The notes below the pieces were generated by a model that worked only from the letters and a program-made list of their open reading frames with translations, had not been told where the DNA came from and ran no database searches. Below, piece after piece: positions 1-9,651 of a DNA stretch of 64,000 nucleotides. The stretch covers positions 682,001-746,000 of the forward strand of contig NW_026515678.1 in NCBI RefSeq assembly GCF_025526975.1, written 5' to 3'. Source of the DNA: Fimicolochytrium jonesii (taxonomy: Eukaryota). Position 1 is the stretch's first letter; each line of letters starts with the position of its first letter. A program made the translations under genes and the position numbers.

Positions 1-460
1 CCCTGTCAAAACCTGACATCTGCCAAACCTCGCAGCCGCACGCAGCCGCGCTACCCCACACCTGCCACTGCCTTCATTTCTCCACGCAGCCGCACGTAGC
101 CACACCTCCCAACACTCGGCGCTTACAAACCCTTCTTCATACTTCCCCACGTACCCGCCCACAGCCTCAGCGTAGCCACCCCATCCCCAGTCTTCTGTTT
201 CTATGCTTCCCCCACCCTTGGCGCTTCTCTTGGCTTCCCTCTCATTCCGTACCCTTCTGCTTCCCCACGCGTCCCCAGCCTTCCCAGAAAAGCATAAATA
301 GCCGCCTCCCCTGAGCTCCCCACTTCCTGATCCCCCAGCAGATCAACACCAGTTCTTCCTAGTCTTGTTCTAGTTCTTGTTTCGGTCTGAATACCATTAC
401 CTGTCAACAACCTGCACCACAAGTCGCCTCTATTTCCGTCGGCTCCGCCCATTCATAACA
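1..460 (+). repeat. LTR of left Gypsy arm (about 70 bp of its 5' end lies outside the window)
   Basis: Reverse complement of 3456-3915; the full copy on the minus strand runs TGTTATG...TAACA; TATA-like ATAAATA at 294-300. Confidence 0.9.
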
Positions 461-472
461 GTTTGATCTGCT
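461..472 (+). promoter_or_regulatory. Primer-binding site, probably self-priming type
   Basis: TTGATCTGCT (463-472) is the exact reverse complement of AGCAGATCAA (337-346) inside the LTR; there is no TGG tRNA-3'-end PBS. Confidence 0.7.
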
Positions 473-511
473 CAACAACCCCCAGCCGCTGTACCTCCAC
501 GCCAAATCACC

Positions 512-1438
512 ATGTCCGACGCCCTTCCCCTCACGGCCGAAGCCTGGCAAGCCATGTGCAATGCGATTGACGAACTTCGAGTACAGAATACCACCCTACA
601 AGCCGAACTAGCGCAAACCCAGACCACTGCCCCTGCCACCCACGCCCCCAAACCCAAAATCAGTCTCCCAGACAAATTTGATGGCACCCGAAGCAAGTTC
701 CGTGGGTTCCTCAACCAGATCCGGCTCATGTTTGCCCTCCAACCCAGGCGCTACCCCAACGATCAGACCAAGATACAAACTATTGGCACCTACCTCACTG
801 GCACCGCCCAGGCCTGGCTGGCGCCCCTTGTCGAACAAGACCATCATTCCCTTACGAACCTGGATGATTTCATCCAGCAAATGCAAGCAGTCTTTGGAGA
901 CAGCGACAGGATCCGCACATCCGAAAACAAGCTCCAGAACCTTCGACAAACCCGTGCAGCAACAGAGTATGTAGCTGAATTCCGACAGCTGCAATGCGAT
1001 GTGTCGTGGAATGACCAGGCATTGATTGCCACCTTCCGTCGCGGCCTCAAAGAAGACGTCAAGGACTTAATGCTCACGATGCCCCCTACCGCCTCAATCG
1101 ACACCGTGATGGAACAGGCCATCCAATGTGACAACCGATTGTTTGAGCGCCGTCTAGAGCGAAGCAGGAACCGACAGCCATATGTGCCAGTTACCACTAG
1201 CCCCACCCTCATGAGCCCCGACAACCGCCCAGACGACCCTATGGTCATTGACGCTGCTCGTCCGCGAGGACCCCTCACACCGCTAGAGCGCCAACACCGC
1301 ATCACAAACAAACTTTGCCTCTATTGTGGTAAACCTGGCCACATAGCCAAACTCTGCCCAAACAAGATACGCACGGCGAATGTCGCGGTTAAGGAACCTG
1401 CACCCATCCAGGATTTTGCCCAAGTCCAGCTGCAGTAA
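512..1438 (+). CDS. gag: Gag (Ty3/Gypsy capsid + CCHC zinc knuckle), PEG10/sushi-like
   Basis: PDKFDGTRSKFRGFL, YLTGTAQAW, LQNLRQ..ATEYVAEF, FRRGL; knuckle CLYCGKPGHIAKLC. Confidence 0.95.
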   Translation: MSDALPLTAEAWQAMCNAIDELRVQNTTLQAELAQTQTTAPATHAPKPKISLPDKFDGTRSKFRGFLNQIRLMFALQPRRYPNDQTKIQTIGTYLTGTAQAWLAPLVEQDHHSLTNLDDFIQQMQAVFGDSDRIRTSENKLQNLRQTRAATEYVAEFRQLQCDVSWNDQALIATFRRGLKEDVKDLMLTMPPTASIDTVMEQAIQCDNRLFERRLERSRNRQPYVPVTTSPTLMSPDNRPDDPMVIDAARPRGPLTPLERQHRITNKLCLYCGKPGHIAKLCPNKIRTANVAVKEPAPIQDFAQVQLQ

Positions 1439-1474
1439 AGGCCGAGCAGCTGGGCAACACCTGTCCTGGGCCTT
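1411..1474 (+). promoter_or_regulatory. -1 ribosomal frameshift signal (G GAU UUU + predicted H-type pseudoknot)
   Basis: Slippery heptamer 1411-1417 is phased on gag codons; stem 1 is 1424-1433/1446-1455; stem 2 is 1438-1443/1469-1474; the -1 frame is open from 1393 into the protease. Confidence 0.75.
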
Positions 1475-2232
1475 CTCACCACGCAAGTACTGCCAAGGGA
1501 GAAGCCACAAAACCTTGCTCCCATCCTGGCATCTCCAGCAACACCCTTCTCCTGACCACCAACAATGTCAATCTCCTATCTGAGATACCCTCACCCATGC
1601 GGACTTTGGGCCCATCCTCACCATTCGAGTACCCTGTTACCCTGCAGATATCGGCCCAGCGAGCTCCAGTTCAGCTTTCAGCACTACTCGACACCGGTGC
1701 AATGTCGTGCTTCATGGACGAAAGTTATGCCCGCAAGCACCGCATCCCACTTGTCAAGAAGGAGGACCCCATTGCGCTTGAACTGGTTGACGGACGTCCC
1801 AGCCATGCGGGCTCCATTACCCATCACACCCAACCTTTGGGCATGTGGGTCAACGACCATTTTGAGGAGGTGGTATTCCATGTGACATGTTCCCCGCATG
1901 CGCCAATCATCCTGGGGCTTCCCTGGTTTGAGCTCCATGATGTGGAGCTACACTGGAAGACTCGCACTCTTTGCGTCCGCTGCCATTGCGGTTTTGGACA
2001 ATACGCCTCCTGGGATGCCCTGCCAACAGAACCTAGCCCGAAGCCCTCAAAAACCCCTGAACCTCTGATCCGTATCCATCAAGACGAGATTTCAGTCTCC
2101 CTAGCCCAGACACCCAACACACTGGACCCAGCACCCACACCGATCCACGTCCTCCTTCTTGACAAGTGGGATGCGGTGCTTGCGGGCATAACTTTCGTCC
2201 ATGAAGCACGACATTGCACCGGTGTCGAGTAG
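1411..2232 (+). CDS. Pol N-terminus: retroviral-type aspartic protease (-1 frame); reads across the inversion junction and stops at 2232
   Basis: LSALLDTGAMSCFMD catalytic motif and IILGLPWFELH; my translation is continuous from 1411 to ORF 1597-2232; no RT follows. Confidence 0.85.
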   Translation, partial: GFCPSPAAVKAEQLGNTCPGPSHHASTAKGEATKPCSHPGISSNTLLLTTNNVNLLSEIPSPMRTLGPSSPFEYPVTLQISAQRAPVQLSALLDTGAMSCFMDESYARKHRIPLVKKEDPIALELVDGRPSHAGSITHHTQPLGMWVNDHFEEVVFHVTCSPHAPIILGLPWFELHDVELHWKTRTLCVRCHCGFGQYASWDALPTEPSPKPSKTPEPLIRIHQDEISVSLAQTPNTLDPAPTPIHVLLLDKWDAVLAGITFVHEARHCTGVE

Positions 2233-2505
2233 TGCTGAAAGCTGAACTGGAGCTCGCTGGGCCGATATCTGCAGGGTAACAGGGTATTCGAATGGTGAGG
2301 ATGGGCCCAAAGTCCGCATGGGTGAGGGTATCTCAGATAGGAGATTGACATTGTTGGTGGTCAGGAGAAGGGTGTTGCTGGAGATGCCAGGATCGGAGCA
2401 AGGTTTTGTGGCTTCTCCCTTGGCAGTACTTGCGTGGTGAGAAGGCCCAGGACAGGTGTTGCCCAGCTGCTCGGCCTTTACTGCAGCTGGACTTGGGCAA
2501 AATCC
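2101..2505 (-). pseudogene. Truncated aspartic protease (-1 frame) of right arm
   Basis: LLDTGAMSCF present; homology ends at 2149 and a stop follows at 2101. Confidence 0.8.
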
Positions 2506-3404
2506 TGGATGGGTGCAGGTTCCTTAACCGCGACATTCGCCGTGCGTATCTTGTTTGGGCAGAGTTTGGCTATGTGGCCAGGTTTACCACAATAGAGGCA
2601 AAGTTTGTTTGTGATGCGGTGTTGGCGCTCTAGCGGTGTGAGGGGTCCTCGCGGACGAGCAGCGTCAATGACCATAGGGTCGTCTGGGCGGTTGTCGGGG
2701 CTCATGAGGGTGGGGCTAGTGGTAACTGGCACATATGGCTGTCGGTTCCTGCTTCGCTCTAGACGGCGCTCAAACAATCGGTTGTCACATTGGATGGCCT
2801 GTTCCATCACGGTGTCGATTGAGGCGGTAGGGGGCATCGTGAGCATTAAGTCCTTGACGTCTTCTTTGAGGCCGCGACGGAAGGTGGCAATCAATGCCTG
2901 GTCATTCCACGACACATCGCATTGCAGCTGTCGGAATTCAGCTACATACTCTGTTGCTGCACGGGTTTGTCGAAGGTTCTGGAGCTTGTTTTCGGACGTG
3001 CGGATCCTGTCGCTGTCTCCAAAGACTGCTTGCATTTGCTGGATGAAATCATCCAGGTTTGTAAGGGAATGATGGTCTTGTTCGACAAGGGGCGCCAGCC
3101 AGGCCTGGGCGGTGCCAGTGAGGTAGGTGCCAATAGTTTGTATCTTGGTCTGATCGTTGGGGTAGCGCCTGGGTTGGAGGGCAAACATGAGCCGGATCTG
3201 GTTGAGGAACCCACGGAACTTGCTTCGGGTGCCATCAAATTTGTCTGGGAGACTGATTTTGGGTTCGGGGGCGTGAGTGGCAGGGACAGTGGTCTGGGTT
3301 TGCGCTAGTTCGGCTTGTAGGGTGGTATTCTGCGCTCGAAGTTCGTCAATCGCATTGCACATGGCTTGCCAGGCTTCGGCCGTGAGGGGAAGGGCGTCGG
3401 ACAT
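2478..3404 (-). CDS. gag: Gag, second intact copy
   Basis: 308 aa; differs from the left copy at 3 residues (V/A, A/V, K/E). Confidence 0.93.
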   Translation of the reverse strand: MSDALPLTAEAWQAMCNAIDELRAQNTTLQAELAQTQTTVPATHAPEPKISLPDKFDGTRSKFRGFLNQIRLMFALQPRRYPNDQTKIQTIGTYLTGTAQAWLAPLVEQDHHSLTNLDDFIQQMQAVFGDSDRIRTSENKLQNLRQTRAATEYVAEFRQLQCDVSWNDQALIATFRRGLKEDVKDLMLTMPPTASIDTVMEQAIQCDNRLFERRLERSRNRQPYVPVTTSPTLMSPDNRPDDPMVIDAARPRGPLTPLERQHRITNKLCLYCGKPGHIAKLCPNKIRTANVAVKEPAPIQDFAQVQLQ

Positions 3405-3455
3405 GGTGATTTGGCGTGGAGGCACAGCGGCTGGGGGTTGTTGAGCAGATCAAAC

Positions 3456-3986
3456 TGTTAAGAATGGGCGGAGCCGACGGAAATAGAGGCGACTTGTGGT
3501 GCAGGTTGTTGACAGGTAATGGTATTCAGACCGAAACAAGAACTAGAACAAGACTAGGAAGAACTGGTGTTGATCTGCTGGGGGATCAGGAAGTGGGGAG
3601 CTCAGGGGAGGCGGCTATTTATGCTTTTCTGGGAAGGCTGGGGACGCGTGGGGAAGCAGAAGGGTACGGAATGAGAGGGAAGCCAAGAGAAGCGCCAAGG
3701 GTGGGGGAAGCATAGAAACAGAAGACTGGGGATGGGGTGGCTACGCTGAGGCTGTGGGCGGGTACGTGGGGAAGTATGAAGAAGGGTTTGTAAGCGCCGA
3801 GTGTTGGGAGGTGCGGCTACGTGCTGCTGCGTGGAGAAATGAAGGCAGTGGCAGGTGTGGGGTAGCGCGGCTGCGTGCGGCTGCGAGGTTTGGCAGATGT
3901 CAGGTTTTGACAGGGAATTGACATTGACTGACTGTTGGGATGCTGTCATGGGGTAAGCGCATGGTATGGACGCGTCGTCCATAACA
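3456..3986 (-). repeat. Complete 531-bp LTR of right arm
   Basis: TG...CA termini with inverted ends TGTTA/TAACA; followed on the minus strand by the same PBS. Confidence 0.9.
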
Positions 3987-4074
3987 CCAACAGTCTCGGA
4001 ACGTGTAGAAGTAAAGAAATATGATATGAAATACTAGTGAATATGAGATATCCCTGACATCTCCCTCAGATCCT

Positions 4075-4368
4075 GAGGGGGGTGCCAAATAAATAAGAGG
4101 TGAACTACAAGGGATATGTGAAGAAAGCGTGAGCTGATGTTCATTTTATAGTCTTGACGCATTGTGTGTTGTGTTTGTTTGAGGCAAAGGCGTCCCTAAG
4201 CCGACGTCGTGTGTGATGTGTGTAAGGTCGGTTCTTGCGTCGCCGCGCGTGATGTGATGTAGTTTACTTCGCTATTGGCAGCAGTGTGATTGATATTGAG
4301 CGGTTCTTGCGGCGTCGCATATGTGATATGATATGAGATGATCAGTTCTTGCATCGTCACGCTGGTCT
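4075..4368 (+). repeat. Possible PPT + LTR remnant of another element, with three degenerate internal repeats
   Basis: GAGGGGGG followed by TG at 4083; C(G/A)GTTCTTGC repeats at 4229, 4301 and 4343; non-coding. Confidence 0.3.
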
Positions 4369-4603
4369 TGTTGGAGGTATCATCCTCCCGAGTCCCCGGT
4401 TAGGGTTCCCGTAGTTTGTTTCCTCATGTGACTCCCCTCCTGCTTACGCCACGCTTCCGCGTACGGGACTTCACTCTTTTCTTCCCCTTCGCACCTCGCG
4501 TCCTCTTTCTACACTTCAAACTTCAATACATACTTCACAGTACAACATTGCACACATCATAGAGTGCGCTCAGTCATCTGCTTCCTCTGCCGACTACTGC
4601 TAA
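4369..4603 (+). repeat. 5' LTR (235 bp)
   Basis: TGTTGGAGGTATC...GACTACTGCTAA repeated at 10625-10857, roughly 90% identical by eye. Confidence 0.92.
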
Positions 4604-4605
4604 GT

Positions 4606-4619
4606 GGTTATGAGCCCTG
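4606..4619 (+). promoter_or_regulatory. PBS complementary to the anticodon stem-loop of initiator tRNA-Met (half-tRNA priming, as in copia/Ty5)
   Basis: GGTTATGAGCCCTG 2 nt after the LTR. Confidence 0.85.
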
Positions 4620-4694
4620 GCTTCGCCCGCACCCAGCGGACGGTCCAGGATAAAGAACTCACGGACTCCAGTCACCGCTTCCTTAGAAACCACC

Positions 4695-6497
4695 ATGCCA
4701 CCTAAGGATTCAACAACCCAACCTCAGAAGGGCTACGCAGCTGCAGTGACAGCTGGCAAGCCCTCCGCTCACCACACGCGGTCCCAAGGAGGAGCTCTCC
4801 TGGGAACCCTACCTGCGGCTACTAGAGGAGGAGGAAAGAAAGTTCAACAACCCCCTGTTAAGAGTTCTGAATCTATTAATCAGCGCTCTGGCATTGACTC
4901 ACGTACTCCGCTTAATCAAGGCGTAGCCCGTCATGCCGACTTACGCAGTGAACCAACACCTACCTCGCCTTACAAAATGCCTGGTGAATTTGTCGATGAG
5001 AAGAAGAGGAAGGAGGAACTTTCTGCTACTATTGCAGAATGGAAAGACGCAACCACGCCATATGTGGATGCGCCTGAATCACGCGGACACACCGGGACCG
5101 AAAACAACCCCTTCCTGATGGACTCCATTCAGGAAGAACCTATGCCTGTCAAGCAGGAAGAGGAGATGATTCAAATAAAGGATCAAATAGCCAATCTGAC
5201 TGGATTGGTTACCTCGCTCTTGAATTCGGGCCGAGCGCCACAACAAGGCGGACCTACCGTCCCCTCCGTAAACGCGCTCGCTCAGTCACCAGTGAACAGC
5301 ACTCGCTCTCATTATTCGACTAGCCCTATCCAGGCAAATGTGCGATATATGACCTCTGTGTCGCCGGCACCCCATGCGCCTCCTCAGCGCGCTATGGCCT
5401 ACTCCGTCCCATATGCTTACAAAGCCCCGGAACGGCATCCTTACTTTCAAACCCGTTCTCAAAGCCCTCCTTTCGCTGAAATTCCTCACGAAAGTGCATC
5501 TGTGAGATCTGTTACTCCCATAACACCCCCTACGGCTGGCAAATCAGCTTCCAAAGTCTTCATCAACACCACGCTTAGTAAACTCGGCACCTACAACGGC
5601 GACCCCAATGTTACCAAGCTTCAAGGGTTCCTTGATCACATCGACGTGATTATAAAGTACCAGATGGTTTCGCCTTTCGAATGCGTAGACTTCGTCGTCA
5701 ACGCGCTCACAGGACCAGCTCTCCAGTGGTGGAAAAGCCTTCCTGAAAACGAGCGCTTCTCCATAATTTCATGGCACGATATTCAAGACGTTTATGGACT
5801 GCCTCCCCAACTCGGATTACGCTCTGCGATGTTAAGGCGCTTCATTCCCCGGACTCATCTGCCGCAAGTTCTTCACAGACTGCGCGCTCTGAAGCCCAAG
5901 TCAATTAACCATGAAGGTCTAACCGAATTCGTCGCCCAGTTCAACCTTTTGGCTGGACAACTCCCCGGGCTCCCGGAATACGTGCTCTGTGCCTACTTCC
6001 TTCAAGCCCTTCCTAAGAATCTTAGTACCCTGATCACTGCTCAGGCTCAGTACGACGATAGACTTAATCCTTCTCAAGAAGCCGCGATTCGTATAGCCGC
6101 CCAGCTCAACGAGAAGGCCCCGAGTACGCCTCAGTTGGGCGCATCCGCTGCCCACGTTACTTCCACTCTACCTCAGAAGAAGAAGAACAAATCCAAGACT
6201 GGCGGCTCTAGAGGCTCCTCCTCTACCCAATCCTCGTCTTCTGACGCAACCAAGAAACCTCTCCAGTGCAAATACTGCCAACGGGACGGCCACAAGTCGG
6301 AAAACTGCTTTACTTACAAAGCTGTCAAGGATATCATGGACAAGAACACGAAAACCAAGCAGGACGCACCCGCTGCAGCGTCCATGGCTTATGCCATGCA
6401 CGTTCAAGTCCAACCAACCAACCACGACGTCCGCCTCTTCAAGGCAAACGTGGATTCCGGTTGTACGGATCATATGACCCCTATATCGAGGATCTAG
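4695..6497 (+). CDS. gag: Gag (long disordered N-terminus, capsid, CCHC knuckle) fused to the start of the protease
   Basis: Capsid 5583-6023; CKYCQRDGHKSENC; ANVDSGCTDHMTP Copia-type protease motif; broken by a frameshift just after. Confidence 0.9.
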   Translation: MPPKDSTTQPQKGYAAAVTAGKPSAHHTRSQGGALLGTLPAATRGGGKKVQQPPVKSSESINQRSGIDSRTPLNQGVARHADLRSEPTPTSPYKMPGEFVDEKKRKEELSATIAEWKDATTPYVDAPESRGHTGTENNPFLMDSIQEEPMPVKQEEEMIQIKDQIANLTGLVTSLLNSGRAPQQGGPTVPSVNALAQSPVNSTRSHYSTSPIQANVRYMTSVSPAPHAPPQRAMAYSVPYAYKAPERHPYFQTRSQSPPFAEIPHESASVRSVTPITPPTAGKSASKVFINTTLSKLGTYNGDPNVTKLQGFLDHIDVIIKYQMVSPFECVDFVVNALTGPALQWWKSLPENERFSIISWHDIQDVYGLPPQLGLRSAMLRRFIPRTHLPQVLHRLRALKPKSINHEGLTEFVAQFNLLAGQLPGLPEYVLCAYFLQALPKNLSTLITAQAQYDDRLNPSQEAAIRIAAQLNEKAPSTPQLGASAAHVTSTLPQKKKNKSKTGGSRGSSSTQSSSSDATKKPLQCKYCQRDGHKSENCFTYKAVKDIMDKNTKTKQDAPAAASMAYAMHVQVQPTNHDVRLFKANVDSGCTDHMTPISRI

Positions 6498-9400
6498 ATC
6501 CATCTTCTCTTCAAGACTACCCTTATTGGACTCGCGGATTTGACTACCATTACCTCTCAAAAGAAGGGTACCGTACTTATCCAACCTACGTCCGGTGGCA
6601 ACGTTCTCGCTCTTCGCGACGTTTTATGTGGTTCCTAGTCTTGCCTAGCCGCTTATATCTGTTGCTAAATGCACTGATAACGGCATTACCGTCTCCTTTC
6701 ACCCCACCGACGTTGTTACGTTCAACACCGACCGACACTTACTTGCAATGGGAATGGGCGAAGGCGACGCGTACTATTTAGAAGGACAAGTTACTTCCTA
6801 CAAGCCCAATGCACATGCACTGGTCGCTTCCATAACCCCCCAACTTCTGCATCAACGTCTTGAACACCCTGGGAACCACATTCTCCCGGTTATGCCTAAG
6901 ATAGTAGAGGATTGGCCTTCAGTGGGGGCTACGCCGGACTCCGGCGCACGCTGCAATCCATGCGCTCTCGGCAAAGCTACCCGCCTTACCTTCCCTAAAT
7001 CGACATCCCCGCCACACAAACCCGGCGAGCTGCTACACAGCGATTTACAAGGTCCATTTCGGATCCACGGCATCGACGGAGAGCGCTACAGTCTCGTGTT
7101 CCTCGACAACGGCTCCGATTTCGCCCGTACCTACTCCATCAAGGACAAGGAGGCATCCACTATTACCGCAAGGTTTATGATCTTTCATAAGTGGCTCAAG
7201 AATCAAACTGGCATCTCCCTCAAGATCCTACGTACGGATAGGGGAGGAGAATACACTGGCGAGCTCACGTTGTACCTACACGACAACGGGATTACCCATG
7301 AGTCTACTGTCGCGTATTCTAGTCAACAAAACGGAAAAGCAGAGCGCCTCAATTGGAAGTTGCTGGACCGCGTACGCGCAATCTTCGCGGACACTCACCT
7401 TCCCCGCAAGCTCTGGCCGTACATCCTGGAGGCTGTCTCTTACCTGCACAACCTCTACCCGCATTCAATTGCATCCCCGGACGCCAAATCGCGCTCCGAA
7501 TTCCTTACCGGTCGCCGCCCGAGCATCGCATCTGCGCAAGCTCGGATGTCTCACGTACACTGTTGTTCCACCCAAGGGCCGGGACAAGATGGCAAATCGT
7601 GCTACCAAGACGTACCTAGTGGGCTATGCTCACCAACAAGGCACCAAAGGTTATTATGTCTGGGATCCAGTTTGCGACACTGTTGCCGTCTCACGTGACG
7701 TTCGTTTCGACGAATCTACTGGACTCCCTGAGCACCTTCGTCAAGATCCTGCTCTCCTAGATCTTCTAGAAGATGCTCCCACCTCGCAAGAGGGGTTCCC
7801 TATCGAACACATCCTTTCTGAACGTCAGCGCCGCGGCAAGAACGTCCAAAAGGAATACCTCGTCAAGTGGGTTGGCTTTACTACCCCTACCTGGCAACCA
7901 CGCTCTGATCTCATTGAGACTGAAGGGTTGGATATCTGGGAGTCTTGTCCAGCCGCTTTCAACGCCCGAACCATTGAAGCCCTCTCCAACGCCTTCAAAG
8001 CGCGTACCGGAGACACGCCTCAATCCGTCACTATGACCTAGCAACAAGTGATGGCCTCCCCTCAATCAGCTGACTTCAAGCTCGCAGCTGATAAAGAGTT
8101 CCAAGCTCTCGCCGATAATGGTACTTGGGAGCTCGTACCCCGTCTGCGCAATCAGCGCGTACTCGGTACTACTTGGGTACTTCGTCAAATCTTCAATCTG
8201 GATGGTACTTTCAAGAAATTCAAGGGGCGCGGTGTAGTTCAAGGTTTTCGCCAATCCAAGGGTATTGATTATAATGACACCTACGCTCCAACCCTACTCA
8301 TGTCAGTTCTTCGCCTTTCCTCTCCATTGCCGTCTCTCTCGGTATGGAAATCCATCAACTCGACGTCCCCAACGCGTTCTTACGCAGCGATATCGACGGA
8401 CCCGTCTATGTTGAACAATTTCAAGGCTACGAAGATCCGCAGAAGCTGCTCGCAGACTGGGTATACCTCCTACGCAAGGCTCTATACTGTCTGAAGCAAT
8501 CTCCGCTTCTCTGGTACCGTACCCTTCGCGAAACCCTCAGTTCTCTCGGCTTTACCCCGTTAAAGAACTGCCCTTGCGTCTTCTATCGCTACGCGACAAC
8601 GACGCGCACTCTGGACGCTCTCCAGATGCTCCTTATCTATGTGGACGGCTTCATCGCCTGCTGCTTTCCCGTACACGTCAAACAAGTGAAAGGTGAACTA
8701 TGTTCTCATTTCAACTGTACGGATCTTGGTCCCATCAAGAACCGCCTGGGTCTGGTCTTCGATTACCAGCTCACGCCGTCAGGGAACCAACTCAAAATCA
8801 GCAATGTTACCTATATCGATGGTTTACTCGAACGATTTGGACAACAAAACGCTACCCCGGTCTCTACGCCGTGCGCCGTCTCTGCGCGTACCCGACCAGC
8901 CTCCGCTAGCCCCCCTTTTCATAGCAAGCTTCTCTGCCAGGAAGCAGTGGGGGCCCTCATGTGGGGATCCATTACCTGGCGCTGGGATATTTCAACTGCT
9001 GTCGGCTTTGTCGCACGTCAAGTCTCAGCTCCTACCCAAGCCGACTGGAATGATATACTTCGCATCATGCGCTACCTGAAAGGTGCCCGCACCTTCGAGC
9101 TTACCTACAAGTCCGGTCATTCAGATCAAGCTGGACTTCGCGTCTATACAGACGCATCCTACGCAGACGATGTCAACGACCGCAAATCTACCGTGGGCAT
9201 CGCCAGCTTCATCAGCGGCCAGCTTATCTACTGGAAAAGCACCAAGCAGAAGTGCATAGCTCTCAGCTCCACAGAAGCTGGGTATATCGCCGCAGCCCTC
9301 GGTTACAACAAGGTCATCTGGCTCCGCTCGATCATCGCGGAGGTCTTCGGCGATGAATACGGCAACATCAAGGACCCCACGCCACTCCACATCGACAATC

Positions 9401-9651
9401 AGAGCGCACGCAAGATTGCCAACTCCACAGCTATTACTCAACGCTCCAAACACATCGACGTACGCTACCACAAGCTACGCGACGGCGTGGCGAAGAAAGA
9501 CGTCGTACTCCTCGACACTGCGATGCAGGAACAACTGGCTGATTACTTCACAAAGCCTTTTCCTCCCGAGACACATACGAAATTTATTCAAGCAATTCAA
9601 GAAGGACGTGTTGCTAGCAATAGACAGCCGGCGACGACTACGTCCGAATGA
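6498..9651 (+). pseudogene. pol: Copia-type pol: rest of protease, integrase, SH3/GKGY module, chromodomain, RT, RNase H; several frameshifts and stops
   Basis: LLHQRLEH..CNPC, LLHSDLQGP, LRTDRGGEY, QQNGKAERLN; GTKGYYVWDP..SRDVRFDE; GFRQSKGIDYNDTYAP, LKQSPLLW, IYVDG (YVDD altered); YTDASYADD, RSKHIDVRYH. Confidence 0.93.
7796..7942 (+). other. Chromodomain at integrase C-terminus
   Basis: FPIEHILSERQRRGKNVQKEYLVKWVGFTTPTWQPRSDL..GLDIWE fits the chromo consensus; aromatic cage positions F, W, F are present. Confidence 0.9.

Larger units (their letters stand above)
1..2148 (+). mobile_element. Ty3/Gypsy (Tf1/sushi-like) LTR retrotransposon, left arm: LTR-PBS-gag-protease, truncated before RT
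   Basis: LTR ends in CATAACA at 460; gag with capsid motifs and a CCHC knuckle; DTG aspartic protease in the -1 frame; sequence switches to the inverted copy at 2149. Confidence 0.93.
1..3915. repeat. Long inverted repeat: arms 1-1767 and 2149-3915, 381-bp spacer 1768-2148
   Basis: Position x pairs with 3916-x throughout; at least 13 substitutions between the arms seen by eye. Confidence 0.97.
2149..3986 (-). mobile_element. Ty3/Gypsy right arm (inverted): full LTR, gag, protease truncated after KKED
   Basis: Reverse complement of the left arm; LTR starts TGTTATGG at 3986. Confidence 0.93.

Noticed and set aside
201..3982. Many short ORFs overlapping the Gypsy arms and LTRs
   Set aside because: Shadow frames of gag or LTR; they appear twice only because of the inverted repeat
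4229..4352. Spaced GTTCTTGC repeats as a CRISPR-like array
   Set aside because: Only three short degenerate units, irregular spacing, eukaryotic context, no cas genes
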